A stretch of 64,000 nt of DNA, from positions 96,001 through 160,000 of the forward strand of contig CBDANS010000007.1 of assembly GCA_965197745.1 (NCBI GenBank), written 5' to 3'. Positions within the stretch are counted from its first letter, which is position 1. Every line of letters starts with the position of its first letter. Position numbers and translations under genes: made by a program. A model generated the notes under the pieces. It was not told where the DNA came from. It ran no database searches and was given only the letters and a program-made list of their open reading frames with translations. Of the stretch, positions 40,349 to 50,828 are shown one piece after another. Origin of the DNA: Opitutales bacterium (lineage in GTDB: Bacteria > Verrucomicrobiota > Verrucomicrobiia > Opitutales > PNEW01).

Positions 40349-41098
40349 ATGACAACTTTCAGGCAGCGCGTTCTCAACAGGGAAATACTCAAAGGGACAT
40401 TTTTAAATTTAGGGTCGCATATAACGGTTGAGATCGCGGGGAAGGCCGGATTTGACTGGCTTCTGATCGACACGGAACACGGGGTAGGGGATCATGAAAC
40501 ACTGGTCCATCAATTACAAGCAACCGGTAATACCGATGCGGAGCCATTTGTGCGTATCGCCGCCAACGAAACACCCCGCTACAAACGGGTGCTGGATTTA
40601 GGGGCTCGCGGGGTCATGGTTCCCTGGGTGAGCAACGTTGAAGAGGCCGAACTTGCGGTCAGGTCGATGCGCTATCCACCAGAAGGGATCCGGGGTGTCG
40701 CCAGCCTTAACCGAGCCTGCCAGTTTGGACAGGATTTTGATAATTATTATGCCAGGGCCAATGAAGAGTTGGTGACCGTGGTGCAGATTGAAACGGTGGA
40801 AGCTGTAGAAAATGCGGAAAGGATGGCATCCATAGACGGTATCGATGTGCTCTTTGTCGGGCCGACGGATTTGACGACAAACTATGGGATCAGTCGTCAA
40901 TTTGATCACCCCACCTACCGGGATGCCGTTGCCAAAGTAAACGCCGCCTGCATATCTGAGGGGAAAGCAGCGGGAATTCTCCTCGCTAATACGGGACAAA
41001 TCAAACAGGCACAGGATGATGGCTTTAGTTTTATTGCCGTTGGATCGGATGGCGGGGTCCTGGCATCCGGAATGAAAAATCTAGTTGAAGCCTTCTAA
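40349..41098 (+). CDS. HpcH/HpaI family class II aldolase
   Basis: 'GFDWLLIDTEHG', 'LDLGARGVMVP', 'YPPEGIRG', 'QIET', 'FVGPTDL'. Confidence 0.93.
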   Translation: MTTFRQRVLNREILKGTFLNLGSHITVEIAGKAGFDWLLIDTEHGVGDHETLVHQLQATGNTDAEPFVRIAANETPRYKRVLDLGARGVMVPWVSNVEEAELAVRSMRYPPEGIRGVASLNRACQFGQDFDNYYARANEELVTVVQIETVEAVENAERMASIDGIDVLFVGPTDLTTNYGISRQFDHPTYRDAVAKVNAACISEGKAAGILLANTGQIKQAQDDGFSFIAVGSDGGVLASGMKNLVEAF

Positions 41099-41120
41099 GC
41101 AACTCGTAGGGTGGGGAAAT

Positions 41121-42086
41121 ATGATTAAAATATGGGCTGATAGAGCAATCCCCGATAAATATCTTCCACTCTTGGATGGCGTAGCCGAAGAGACAGGTAT
41201 GCGCTCGGAAATACCTGACGAATCCACGTCCAGTTTCCCGGGAGCAGACGGTGCAGTGGTGTCCGCGAGAATAAAATACGATGGAAAGTTATTTGACCAG
41301 GTCCCCACCTTAAAAGTTATCTCCCGCACGGGAATCGGGTACGATAACATCAATGTTGCCGATGCCACGGAGCGCAACATCGCCGTGTGTCATGCTCCGA
41401 ATGGGCCAACCATCTCCACGGCAGAACTTACAATTGCCTTCCTTTTCGCGACGACCCGGCAGATTAAACAATGTGAATCGGATATGATCAACGGGAGTAA
41501 GCGAGATTATATGTATACTTACAAGGGGTGGGAACTCGCAGGTAAGACTCTGGGTCTGGTCGGCCTGGGCCGGATTGGAGGCCACGTCTCAAAAATTGCC
41601 CGCGGAATCGGGATGAATATCATCGTTTATGATCCCTTTATTACTAAGGATCGCGCCGATGAACTGGGAGTCAAGTTGGTCCCTACGCTTGAGGAGGTAT
41701 TAAAATCCGCGGATGTTGTTTCCCTGCACCTGCCATTATCCGATGACACGCGCCATACGATTAATACTGAAAATATCGGGTTCATGAAAAAAGGCGCTTA
41801 TCTCTTAAATTGCGCGCGCGGCGGGTTATTGGAGGAAAAAGCTTTGCTCAGTGCACTCGATAGCGGTCATTTAGAAGGAGCCGGCATTGATGTCTATGAT
41901 AAGGAGCCGCCACCACCCGACCATCCCTATCTAAATCGTCTTGATATTGTCGCCACTCCGCATGTCGCGGGTGTTACCGATGTGAGCAGAGACAACATAT
42001 GGACGACCGCGATTAAGCAAGTGATACAAGTCTGCCAGGGTGAGAAACCGCCACACCTTTTAAATCCGGAAATTTGGAATGATTAA
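41121..42086 (+). CDS. D-2-hydroxyacid dehydrogenase (PGDH-like)
   Basis: 'GIGYDNI', 'GLGRIG', 'NCARGGL', 'DVYDKEP', 'TPHVAG'. Confidence 0.92.
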   Translation: MIKIWADRAIPDKYLPLLDGVAEETGMRSEIPDESTSSFPGADGAVVSARIKYDGKLFDQVPTLKVISRTGIGYDNINVADATERNIAVCHAPNGPTISTAELTIAFLFATTRQIKQCESDMINGSKRDYMYTYKGWELAGKTLGLVGLGRIGGHVSKIARGIGMNIIVYDPFITKDRADELGVKLVPTLEEVLKSADVVSLHLPLSDDTRHTINTENIGFMKKGAYLLNCARGGLLEEKALLSALDSGHLEGAGIDVYDKEPPPPDHPYLNRLDIVATPHVAGVTDVSRDNIWTTAIKQVIQVCQGEKPPHLLNPEIWND

Positions 42087-42114
42087 TCATTAACAGGAAA
42101 CAGACAGAATATAT

Positions 42115-42441
42115 ATGAAACAGAAAAATCTAGAGGTAGCAAAAGCAGTAGAAAATCCACCCGGTGTTATTCGCAAGACGCTGGCTTACAATAAAGAGAC
42201 AATGTTGTGTCACTTTTCCCTGAAGAAGGGAGCTAAAATACCATTGCACAATCACCCACCGGTGCAGATTGGCTATATCGTCAGCGGTCACGCCCGTTTT
42301 CTCGGAGACAATGAGTTTGAGGTGAAAGCGGGAGAAGCATATTGCATCGAATCAGGGGTGACTCACGGCACCGAAGCGTTAGAAGATACTGTCTATGTCG
42401 AAGTGTTCAGCCCGTCCCGCGAAGAATATGAAGATTTTTGA
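42115..42441 (+). CDS. Cupin domain protein (KdgF-like)
   Basis: 'IPLHNHPPVQIGYIVSG', 'THG', 'VEVFSPSREEY'. Confidence 0.85.
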   Translation: MKQKNLEVAKAVENPPGVIRKTLAYNKETMLCHFSLKKGAKIPLHNHPPVQIGYIVSGHARFLGDNEFEVKAGEAYCIESGVTHGTEALEDTVYVEVFSPSREEYEDF

Positions 42442-42445
42442 AATT

Positions 42446-42503
42446 AGCGGATATGCATGAATGCGGTGAAGCGGATACGAATGAATGCGGTGAAGCGGAT
42501 ACG
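42446..42503. repeat. 24-bp tandem repeat, about 2.4 copies
   Basis: AGCGGATATGCATGAATGCGGTGA / AGCGGATACGAATGAATGCGGTGA / AGCGGATACG. Confidence 0.85.
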
Positions 42504-42535
42504 CGAAAATGAGATGATGCGATAATGGGGGGAAG

Positions 42536-44434
42536 ATGAGTGCGAAAAGAAATTCGAGAAAGATTCGCCTGACCACAGCTCAGGCCATGGTGCGGTATCT
42601 CCAGGTTCAATACAGTGAACGTGACGGAGAGAAGCACCGTCTTATTCGCGGAATTTTTGGCATATTCGGACACGGTAATGTAACGGGTCTGGGGCAGGCC
42701 CTTGAAGAATGTGGGGCGGAATTGCCCTATTTCCAGGGTCGCAATGAGCAGGGCATGGTGCATGTGGCATCCGGTTTTGCCAAGGCCAGTAAACGCTTAT
42801 CCACTTTCGCCTGTACTTCATCCATTGGTCCTGGTGCGACAAATATGATGACCGGCGCAGCAACGGCCACCATCAATCGCCTTCCCGTGCTCCTCATTCC
42901 AAGTGACTATTTTGGAACGCGATACCAGGGCCCTGTTCTCCAGCAATTGGAACATCCCATCTCAGCCGATGTTAGTGTCAATGATTGCTTCCGTCCGGTC
43001 AGCCGTTTTTTCGACCGCATCTTACGCCCCGAACACCTTCTCACCGCATTACCGAATGCCATGCGTGTGCTTACCGATCCCATAAACACGGGCACAGTAA
43101 CCATTGCCTTTCCTCAAGACGTACAATCACACGCCTTTGATTATCCGGTGCAATTCTTTGAGAAAAGAATATGGCGAATTGAGAGAGCGCTTCCACTGTC
43201 GCAGCGCATTGTCGAAGCAACGCAGATGATAAAGAGTGCGAGGCGGCCGATGATCATCGCGGGCGGCGGTGTCCATTATTCCGATGCCTGCAGCGAATTA
43301 GAGAAATTTGTGAATACCTTTGGCATTCCGGTAGCAGAGACCTTCGGCGGTAAAAGCTGCATTAGCAAAGCGACTCCAATGCTCCTGGGCGGGCACGGTG
43401 TTGAAGGCACTTCGGCTTCGGTGGATATCGCCGCGAAAGCTGACCTGGTCCTGTGCATAGGCACGCGGATGGCTGACTTCGCCACCGGTTCGCAAACGAT
43501 GTTCCAACACCCGGATGTTAAATTTATCGGGATCAATTTAGCAGGGTTCGACTCCATGAAACAGGGAGCTCTTCCCATAACTGCAGATGCCAGGGAAACG
43601 TTGATGGCATTACACAAAGCCTGCCGCAGCGCAGGAATTAAGCCCCGTGCCGCTTATGCTAAAGATATCAGGAAAGCGATAAGCAAGTGGGATAAAATTA
43701 CCGTCAAAGAATCCACGCGTACTTTTCCTAAAGAGGCGATGAGCCAGGGACATTTGATCAAGACGCTCAATGACGAAGCGAAAAATGGAGACACAGTCGT
43801 TGCCGCTGCGGGCGCGCCACCCGGAGACTTGCTTAAATTGTGGGATGCAACAGGGGGTCGTCGCTGTTTTCTGGAATTCGGCAATTCCTGTATGGGTTGG
43901 GAAATACCTGCCGGTTTGGGGGTGAGGATGACGCAGCCTAAAGGTGAAGTCTATGTCTACATTGGGGATGGCACCTACCTGATGAATCCGACAGACATTG
44001 TGACGGCGATACAGGAAGGTTTAAAGATTACGGTGGTGATTACGGATAATCATGGGTTCCAGGTTATCCGGCGATTGCAAATGTGGCGATCGGGGGTCAG
44101 CTTTGGAAACGAGTTTCGCAAGCGCGAGCGTAAAAAAGGAGGACGACTCGAAGGTGATTATCTTAAAATTGATATTGCAGAAAACGCGAAGAGCATGGGG
44201 GCGCGATCCTGGCACGCAAGCAATGAAAAAGAGTTAAAACAAGCTTTGCATGAAGCGCGAAAAGAAAAACGCAGTTGTGTTATTGTCGTTGAAACCGAAA
44301 AGCACCGCTATGCCGCTGGAGGTGGCGCGTGGTGGGACGCCGCGCCTGCGGAAGTCAGCAAATCACCGGTTACACGAAAAATACGCACGGAATATGAAGC
44401 CGACAGGAAAAAATTGCAGCGGCTCCATTATTAA
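42536..44434 (+). CDS. iolD: 3D-(3,5/4)-trihydroxycyclohexane-1,2-dione acylhydrolase (ThDP)
   Basis: 'RLTTAQA', 'IFGHGNV', 'NEQGM', 'SSIGPGATN', 'SCMGWEI', 'GDGTYLM'. Confidence 0.95.
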   Translation: MSAKRNSRKIRLTTAQAMVRYLQVQYSERDGEKHRLIRGIFGIFGHGNVTGLGQALEECGAELPYFQGRNEQGMVHVASGFAKASKRLSTFACTSSIGPGATNMMTGAATATINRLPVLLIPSDYFGTRYQGPVLQQLEHPISADVSVNDCFRPVSRFFDRILRPEHLLTALPNAMRVLTDPINTGTVTIAFPQDVQSHAFDYPVQFFEKRIWRIERALPLSQRIVEATQMIKSARRPMIIAGGGVHYSDACSELEKFVNTFGIPVAETFGGKSCISKATPMLLGGHGVEGTSASVDIAAKADLVLCIGTRMADFATGSQTMFQHPDVKFIGINLAGFDSMKQGALPITADARETLMALHKACRSAGIKPRAAYAKDIRKAISKWDKITVKESTRTFPKEAMSQGHLIKTLNDEAKNGDTVVAAAGAPPGDLLKLWDATGGRRCFLEFGNSCMGWEIPAGLGVRMTQPKGEVYVYIGDGTYLMNPTDIVTAIQEGLKITVVITDNHGFQVIRRLQMWRSGVSFGNEFRKRERKKGGRLEGDYLKIDIAENAKSMGARSWHASNEKELKQALHEARKEKRSCVIVVETEKHRYAAGGGAWWDAAPAEVSKSPVTRKIRTEYEADRKKLQRLHY

Positions 44435-44460
44435 TATAATAAAAATTAAAGGACGAGAAG

Positions 44461-45348
44461 ATGAATGTTATGATAGGAACGGGACCAGACTCCTGGGGTG
44501 TGTGGTTCGGTGAAGATGAGAAACAGACACCCTGGCACCGGTATTTAGATGAGATTGTTGAAGCGGGTTACGAGTGGACTGAACTGGGTCCTTACGGATA
44601 CTTACCGACGGATTTTAATACGCTCAAGGGTGAGCTCGACAAAAGAAACCTGAAAGTGAGTGGGACTTTCGCCATGGAATTTCTCGACGATCCAGAATAC
44701 TGGCCGAGCCTGGAAAAGCAGGTGCTGGGAGCGGGAGAAAATCTCTCCGGGCTTAACGCGAAATATCTTGTTCTCATCGATAACACCTATACCAATCTTT
44801 TTACCGGCGAACCCATTAAACCCGCGACCCTCGATGATGACGGATGGAAACGACTGATTGAAACTACAAATAAAGTAGCTGGTATCGCTAAAGATAAGTT
44901 TGGTCTAACCCTGGTTTTTCATCCCCACGCTGAAACTCATGTCGAGTACGAAGATCAGATTGAACGATTTCTTGCAGATACGGATAAGGATCTCATCAAA
45001 CTTTGCTTCGATGTCGGGCATCACGCATACCGTAAGGGTGATCCCGTAAACTTTATGCGGCAGCATCATGATCGTATACCCTACCTTCACTTGAAAAGCG
45101 TTGATGCAGCATTACAGAGTAAGGTGGAAACGGAAAACATTCCCTTTGCCGAAGCGGTAGGCATGGATATGTTTTGCGAACCTTCCAAAGGCGCGGTCGA
45201 TTTTATCGCTTTTCGTGATCTATTGAGAGAAATCGATTACGAAGGATTCGCAATTGTTGAACAGGACTTGTATCCGGCGCCTTTTGACAAGCCCTTACCC
45301 ATAGCCAAGCGAACGAGAGAATACCTTAAGGAAATCGGCATCGGATGA
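44461..45348 (+). CDS. iolE: IolE/MocC-like 2-keto-inositol dehydratase (TIM barrel)
   Basis: 'PDSWGVWF', 'ELGPYGYLP', 'FHPHAETHVE', 'DVGH', 'VEQD'; lies between iolD and iolA. Confidence 0.75.
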   Translation: MNVMIGTGPDSWGVWFGEDEKQTPWHRYLDEIVEAGYEWTELGPYGYLPTDFNTLKGELDKRNLKVSGTFAMEFLDDPEYWPSLEKQVLGAGENLSGLNAKYLVLIDNTYTNLFTGEPIKPATLDDDGWKRLIETTNKVAGIAKDKFGLTLVFHPHAETHVEYEDQIERFLADTDKDLIKLCFDVGHHAYRKGDPVNFMRQHHDRIPYLHLKSVDAALQSKVETENIPFAEAVGMDMFCEPSKGAVDFIAFRDLLREIDYEGFAIVEQDLYPAPFDKPLPIAKRTREYLKEIGIG

Positions 45349-46814
45349 ACTCAATTCAAAACTACGTCAATGGTCAATGGGTCCATTCATCCACTGACCG
45401 GAAATTAACAGTCATCAATCCCGCGACGGCGCAGACAATCGCGGAATTTCCCGTAACTCCTTCTGGCGAAGTAGATGAAGTGGTGCAGCGCGCCAACGAG
45501 GCGTATGAGGGTTGGAAGCGCACACCGGTGACAGAACGGATCCAGTTTCTTTTCAAATTAAAATTCCTCTTTGAAGAAAATATCGAGGAACTGGCACATG
45601 CCATTACGGAGGAGTGTGGGAAGACGAAGAGTGAAGCCATCGGTGAGCTGCGCAGGGGAATTGAAAATATCGAAGTAGCCTGTGGCGCGCCGATACTGAT
45701 GCAAGGGTACAATAATGAAGACATTGCGAGTGGCATTGATGAGCATATGATTCGCCAACCTTTGGGCGTAGTCGTATCAATCACCCCGTTCAATTTTCCG
45801 GGCATGATCCCATTCTGGTTTCTGCCCTATGCCATAGCGTGCGGAAACTGTTTTATTCTTAAGCCCAGCGAGAAATTGGGTCTGACGGCGCACAAAATCT
45901 TCGCCCTGCTCGAAGAGGCGGGGTTACCTGCCGGGGTCGTGCAACTGGTTCAAGGCAATAAGGAAACGGTGGATGCCTTGCTCGATCATCCTCTGGTCAG
46001 TGCTGTTTCTTTTGTCGGATCGACGGAGGTAGCGAAATACATTTACAGCCGTGCCACAGCAAACGGTAAACGGGCCCAATGCCAGGGCGGGGCCAAAAAT
46101 CCAATTATAATTTTGCCGGATGCCGATATAGAAATGACGACACAGATGGCGGCCGACAGTTTTTTTGGCTGTGCCGGACAGCGGTGCCTGGCGGGATCCG
46201 TGGCCATAGCCGTTGGTGATAAGAGCAACGAATTTAAGGATGCGATTGTTGACGTGGCGAAAAACCGAAAGGTAGGTTACGGCTGGGATGAGGGAGTAGA
46301 AATGGGCCCGGTAATTACTGCTGAGAGCAAAAATCGGATAGAGAACATTGTCGACCTGGGGGCCAATGAGGGAGCAAAAATAATTGTCGATGGGCGCGGC
46401 CGGAAAGTCAGCGGCTACGAAAACGGCAATTTTATTTTTCCGACGGTGCTTGAGGAGGTAAACCCGCAGGGGGAAATTGCGAATACTGAGATATTCGGTC
46501 CGATCTTAAGTATAATTCATGCCAAAGATATCGATGAAGCAATCGCCCTCATCAATAGTAACCGGTATGGTAACATGGCCTGTCTCTTTACTTCAAGTGG
46601 CGCGTCGGCACGAAAATTCCGCAATGAGTGCATCGTGGGAAATATAGGAATAAATATCGGGGTCGCCGCCCCCATGGCATTTTACCCCTTCAGCGGTTGG
46701 AAAGATAGTTTTTTCGGTGATCTTCACGCCCAGGGACGCCATGGAGTGGAGTTCTACACGCAGACAAAAGTCGTGGTTGAGCGCTGGCCAAAGGAATGGA
46801 GCCGCAAATTTTAA
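45345..46814 (+). CDS. iolA: CoA-acylating (methyl)malonate-semialdehyde dehydrogenase
   Basis: 'ITPFNFP', 'KPSE', 'GGAKN', 'AGQRCLA', 'FSGWKDSFFGDLH'. Confidence 0.93.
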   Translation: MNSIQNYVNGQWVHSSTDRKLTVINPATAQTIAEFPVTPSGEVDEVVQRANEAYEGWKRTPVTERIQFLFKLKFLFEENIEELAHAITEECGKTKSEAIGELRRGIENIEVACGAPILMQGYNNEDIASGIDEHMIRQPLGVVVSITPFNFPGMIPFWFLPYAIACGNCFILKPSEKLGLTAHKIFALLEEAGLPAGVVQLVQGNKETVDALLDHPLVSAVSFVGSTEVAKYIYSRATANGKRAQCQGGAKNPIIILPDADIEMTTQMAADSFFGCAGQRCLAGSVAIAVGDKSNEFKDAIVDVAKNRKVGYGWDEGVEMGPVITAESKNRIENIVDLGANEGAKIIVDGRGRKVSGYENGNFIFPTVLEEVNPQGEIANTEIFGPILSIIHAKDIDEAIALINSNRYGNMACLFTSSGASARKFRNECIVGNIGINIGVAAPMAFYPFSGWKDSFFGDLHAQGRHGVEFYTQTKVVVERWPKEWSRKF

Positions 46815-46855
46815 ATGGGATCATGATCAGCTATAGATCTTCAGTTGCGACAACG

Positions 46856-46977
46856 CAGTTATTTACTTCAATATCAAGGTGGAACGCGTCCTGCGATGAA
46901 CTATGTCAAATCGTGTCCCTAGCACGTTTGAATATGTCGTAATTGGTAAAGCGTGCTAGGGACAGCCCGCTCCACCA
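46856..46977. repeat. REP-like element family A, copy 2
   Basis: Near-identical to 5528-5688 but lacks the 38-bp insertion; internal stem GTCCCTAGCACG...CGTGCTAGGGAC. Confidence 0.8.
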
Positions 46978-47056
46978 TGGGTTGCATGATTTAAAGAAGC
47001 CATAAAATCTAAAATATACATCAGAGACGTAGACGAAGATACAAACGAAGACGAAG

Positions 47057-47773
47057 ATGAATATTATCCTAATGGGTTGCGAATATGTCGGGAAATCAAC
47101 TCTCGCAACTGCGATAGGTAAATGGATTATAGAGAAAACGGGGTTACCCTATGTTCGCTGGCACGATCATTTTGTCATTCCGAGGATAGATTACCACCTG
47201 GTAATAAGAAAAGGGGATGACGCGAGTATCCCCGTTCCGGGTGAGAACAAGGAACCAATCACCGAAGTCGAGGAGGAACAGTTGCTCTCTCTATCACCTG
47301 TTCTGCTGGAACAATTTCAGAGATACCTTATCTGGCGTCATCTTCTCCCCGACGTCTTCATAGAAGAGGACTATCTCTTGATTAAATTTTATTATGCAGA
47401 CGCGGTATACGCGCCTCTTAATTACGGTTTCGGTGATCCGGGTACTTTTTCCGATCGTCGAATCAGGGCCCGGGCCTGGGACACCGAACTCTTGAAATGT
47501 GCGCCGGAGACCATTCTGGTATTGGTAAAATCCTCACCCGAAGCAATCTCATCCCGCATGAAGGAGGACCCGCGTCCTCGTGGCTTATTAAAAGAAAGTG
47601 ATATTGAGGAAGTGCTTCATCGATTTGAAGTGGAATACAAAGATTCAAGAATTCAAAATCGCTTAATCCTGGATACGACGACAAATTCCGTGGACGATAC
47701 TTTAAATCTGTTTAAACAACAGATTGAACCCTATCTCTCACCTAAAGACCTTAAACGGTTAATAAACGGATGA
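47057..47773 (+). CDS. Uncharacterised P-loop (NMP-kinase-like) protein
   Basis: Walker A 'GCEYVGKST'; lid-like 'ISSRMKEDPRPR'; 'LILDTT'. Confidence 0.7.
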   Translation: MNIILMGCEYVGKSTLATAIGKWIIEKTGLPYVRWHDHFVIPRIDYHLVIRKGDDASIPVPGENKEPITEVEEEQLLSLSPVLLEQFQRYLIWRHLLPDVFIEEDYLLIKFYYADAVYAPLNYGFGDPGTFSDRRIRARAWDTELLKCAPETILVLVKSSPEAISSRMKEDPRPRGLLKESDIEEVLHRFEVEYKDSRIQNRLILDTTTNSVDDTLNLFKQQIEPYLSPKDLKRLING

Positions 47774-48798
47774 AAGCACTGGTTACCGCGAGAGCAGGTG
47801 ATTTTGGGTTGGTTGAAAGACCAGTCCCTGAACCAGCCGCTGATGAAGTCCTTTTAAAAATTTCTAACTCTGGAATTTGTCGTAATGATTTGCGTATCAA
47901 AAGGGGAATTCATACTTCGATAATTTATCCACTTATCCCCGGGCATCAATTTTCAGGTGTGGTTGAGGCCTGTGGAGCAGAAGTAAAATTCGCTAAACCG
48001 GGAGATAGAGCTGCGATCCATTCTTATGTTGTATGTGGACACTGCGCAGCTTGCCACATCGGAGACACTCATTACTGTGACACCTTAAAGGCACTGGGTT
48101 TTACCCTTGACGGAGGCTTTGCCGAATACGGCATTCTGCCTGAGAGGAATCTATTTTTACTGCCCAGTAACGTGAATCTTCTCGAGGGGGCGATGGTAGA
48201 AAATCTGGCCAATGCCGTTGCTGCGGTTCGACATTCAAATCTACAAATGGGTGAGAAAATAGCGATCATCGGGGCGACCCCGATAGGATTGTTGTCATTA
48301 CAAGTCGCGCGTTTGTCTTCTCCCTCCAAAATAGTTTTGGTCGGTAGTGGAAATAATCGATTAAAGCTGGGACAAGGTCTGGGTGCGGATCATATAGTCG
48401 ATGTGGATAAGAGTGGCTATACCGATGAAATCAGAGAAATTCTCGAAGGCAAAGGTGTTGATGTTGTCATCGTTTGCGGGAAAACCCAGAATGAATTCGA
48501 ACTGGCGATGGAAATTGCCGGGTGGCGTGGACGGATCGTCGTTGAAGGCCATTATGATCCGGATGTAGAAACAAGCTTTTCCCCTTTTAAATTACTTGTG
48601 GAGCGATCCGTGAGCCTGCAGGCAAACTGCGGTTGGCTAACCCCTGACTTTCATCACGCCCTTAGCCTACTGGAACGAGAAGTGGTGAACGTGAAATCAA
48701 TTATTACTCATACCTTTCCATTTGAGGAATGGGAAAAAGGGTTTGATGTTTTCGCGAATGGGGAGAATCAATCGATACAAGTGATGTTGAATATTTGA
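47770..48798 (+). CDS. Zn-dependent (MDR) alcohol dehydrogenase
   Basis: 'GICRND', 'PGHQFSG', 'CGHCAAC...C', 'GATPIG'. Confidence 0.9.
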   Translation: MKALVTARAGDFGLVERPVPEPAADEVLLKISNSGICRNDLRIKRGIHTSIIYPLIPGHQFSGVVEACGAEVKFAKPGDRAAIHSYVVCGHCAACHIGDTHYCDTLKALGFTLDGGFAEYGILPERNLFLLPSNVNLLEGAMVENLANAVAAVRHSNLQMGEKIAIIGATPIGLLSLQVARLSSPSKIVLVGSGNNRLKLGQGLGADHIVDVDKSGYTDEIREILEGKGVDVVIVCGKTQNEFELAMEIAGWRGRIVVEGHYDPDVETSFSPFKLLVERSVSLQANCGWLTPDFHHALSLLEREVVNVKSIITHTFPFEEWEKGFDVFANGENQSIQVMLNI

Positions 48799-48842
48799 TA
48801 TTTATGGTGAGACGAAAAAACTGCAAAAACTGAAATAGTACT

Positions 48843-49703
48843 ATGTATGTAAACTTATCGCCCGGAGCATTAGGTTTGAAAGCAAACCTGGCGGAGACTA
48901 TCCGACTCGCAAAGGATCACGGTTTCGAGGGGATAGATCTACCGCTCGCGGAGGTTGCGGCCTTACCGAATCCGGAACAAGTCGCTGAAGAGATGAATGC
49001 CGCTGGACTGCGCTGGGGAGGATTTTCTCTGCCTGTTAATTATCGCAAGGACGAAGCGACTTATGAGGCAGGGATGGCCCTTTTAGAAAAGTGGGCACCC
49101 ATCGCGCAGCGAATCGGCTGCGATCGCTGCTACACGCCCATCAGACCGGGTGATGATGAACTCGATTATCGCGCCTGTTTTGACCTGCATGTAAAACGCT
49201 TAAAACCCATAGCTGTTCTTTTCGCGCAACACGAGATCCGCTTTGGCCTGGAATTTATTGGACCTAAAACTTTGCGCGATGATTTTCGTCATACTTTTAT
49301 TTACACGATTGGAGGCATGCTTGAACTGTGTGAAGCAATCTCCGTTGATCCTCATGAGAGAAAAGATCGAATCGGTGTTCTCCTGGACTGCTATCACTGG
49401 TGGACGAGCGGTGGGACAGAATCAGACCTGCTGGAATTGCTTAACAATGACAATATCATCTATGTCCATGTCAATGATGGCCGCCCCGGTCGCAGTCGCG
49501 ATGAACAGATGGATCTTGAACGAACGCTGCCTTGCGAGAGCGGGCTGATCGATGCAGGCACATTCATGCGTTGCATCACGAAGTTGAATTACGACGGCCC
49601 GCTGACGGCCGAGCCGTTTCTCCCAGAGTTGAGCGAGATACCCATCGACGCAGCAGTCGAACGAACAGCTCAAAGCATTCAGCAAATGATGACAAGCACC
49701 TGA
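48843..49703 (+). CDS. Sugar phosphate isomerase/epimerase (AP endonuclease 2 TIM barrel)
   Basis: 'GLEFIGP', 'LLDCYHW', 'VHVND', 'TAEPF'. Confidence 0.88.
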   Translation: MYVNLSPGALGLKANLAETIRLAKDHGFEGIDLPLAEVAALPNPEQVAEEMNAAGLRWGGFSLPVNYRKDEATYEAGMALLEKWAPIAQRIGCDRCYTPIRPGDDELDYRACFDLHVKRLKPIAVLFAQHEIRFGLEFIGPKTLRDDFRHTFIYTIGGMLELCEAISVDPHERKDRIGVLLDCYHWWTSGGTESDLLELLNNDNIIYVHVNDGRPGRSRDEQMDLERTLPCESGLIDAGTFMRCITKLNYDGPLTAEPFLPELSEIPIDAAVERTAQSIQQMMTST

Positions 49704-49723
49704 TCAAACAAGAGAAGGGAGCT

Positions 49724-50749
49724 ATGGCCAAAATTACTGGTTCGATTGGAATTGGCGTCATTGGCACCGGTGGTATGGGAGGTCGCCATGCCGGTAATAT
49801 TTACCATAGAATAATCGGTGCTCATCTCGCTGGGGTGTTTGATATCAATGAGGTAAGGGCTAAAGAAATCGCGTCAGAATGCGGCAATGTGCCTGTTTTC
49901 ACCTCTGCCGAAAAACTGATTACAAATGAAAATGTTGATGCGGTTCTCATCGCGACACCCGACGAGACACACGCTGATTTTACTTTAGCCTGTATTGAAC
50001 AGGGTAAAAATGTTCTTTGCGAGAAACCTCTGGCCACCGATATCACGGACGCGCGAAAAGTGGTTGAAGCCGAATGCGCATTGAAGCGCAGATTAGTGAT
50101 GGTTGGTTTTATGCGCCGTTTCGATTCTCCACACCTCGCGCTCAAGGAGGCCATAGCCCACGGTGAAATTGGCAGACCCAGGCTCTTCAAGGGTGTCCAT
50201 CGCAACCGTGAGGCACCGCCCGATTTCAAACGAGAGACAGTTTTTAATCAGGTGGCGATCCATGATATCGACTCTACGCGATGGCTAATGGAGAGTGAAG
50301 TAGATGAAGTCACCGTTCGTGGGGCGCATGTTGACCCCAGTGTTAAGGCAAAGGCAAGGGACCTGGTGCTGATAACGATGACATTACGCAGTGGTGGATT
50401 GGCCACAATCGAAGTGTTTGTCTCCGCCAGGTATGGGTATGAAGTATCAGCGGAAGTGGTTGGCGATGAAGGAACGATTACTACCACTCAGCCCGATCAA
50501 GCGCTCATAAGAACGAAAAGCGCTCGGCTCGTTAAAGTCCCGAATGAATGGCTGGCACGTTTTGATTTGGCATACATTAACGAACTGAAACATTGGGTGA
50601 AATCGCTGACGGAAGATTCAACGGTGGGAGCGGATGCCTGGGACGGCTACACGGCGTTGCTTGTTTCTGATGCCTGCATTAAATCGTTGAATTCGGGACA
50701 ACCCGTCAGTGTTTCAATTCCAGAGAAACCAGAAATTTATCATTATTAA
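49724..50749 (+). CDS. iolG: Inositol 2-dehydrogenase-like Gfo/Idh/MocA oxidoreductase
   Basis: 'GTGGMG', 'CEKPLA', 'GFMRRFD', 'HRN', 'IHDID', 'YGYEV'; RBS before ATG 49724. Confidence 0.82.
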   Translation: MAKITGSIGIGVIGTGGMGGRHAGNIYHRIIGAHLAGVFDINEVRAKEIASECGNVPVFTSAEKLITNENVDAVLIATPDETHADFTLACIEQGKNVLCEKPLATDITDARKVVEAECALKRRLVMVGFMRRFDSPHLALKEAIAHGEIGRPRLFKGVHRNREAPPDFKRETVFNQVAIHDIDSTRWLMESEVDEVTVRGAHVDPSVKAKARDLVLITMTLRSGGLATIEVFVSARYGYEVSAEVVGDEGTITTTQPDQALIRTKSARLVKVPNEWLARFDLAYINELKHWVKSLTEDSTVGADAWDGYTALLVSDACIKSLNSGQPVSVSIPEKPEIYHY

Positions 50750-50828
50750 TTGGGAAGAAAAATATCTCCAGAGTTGGGAAAATCACTGTAGATTTATAAA
50801 ACGAAAGTATGAACGGAGGAAAATTACT

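Noticed and set aside
42446..42503. 24-bp repeats as a mini-CRISPR
   Set aside because: The units are contiguous with no spacers; this is a simple tandem repeat.
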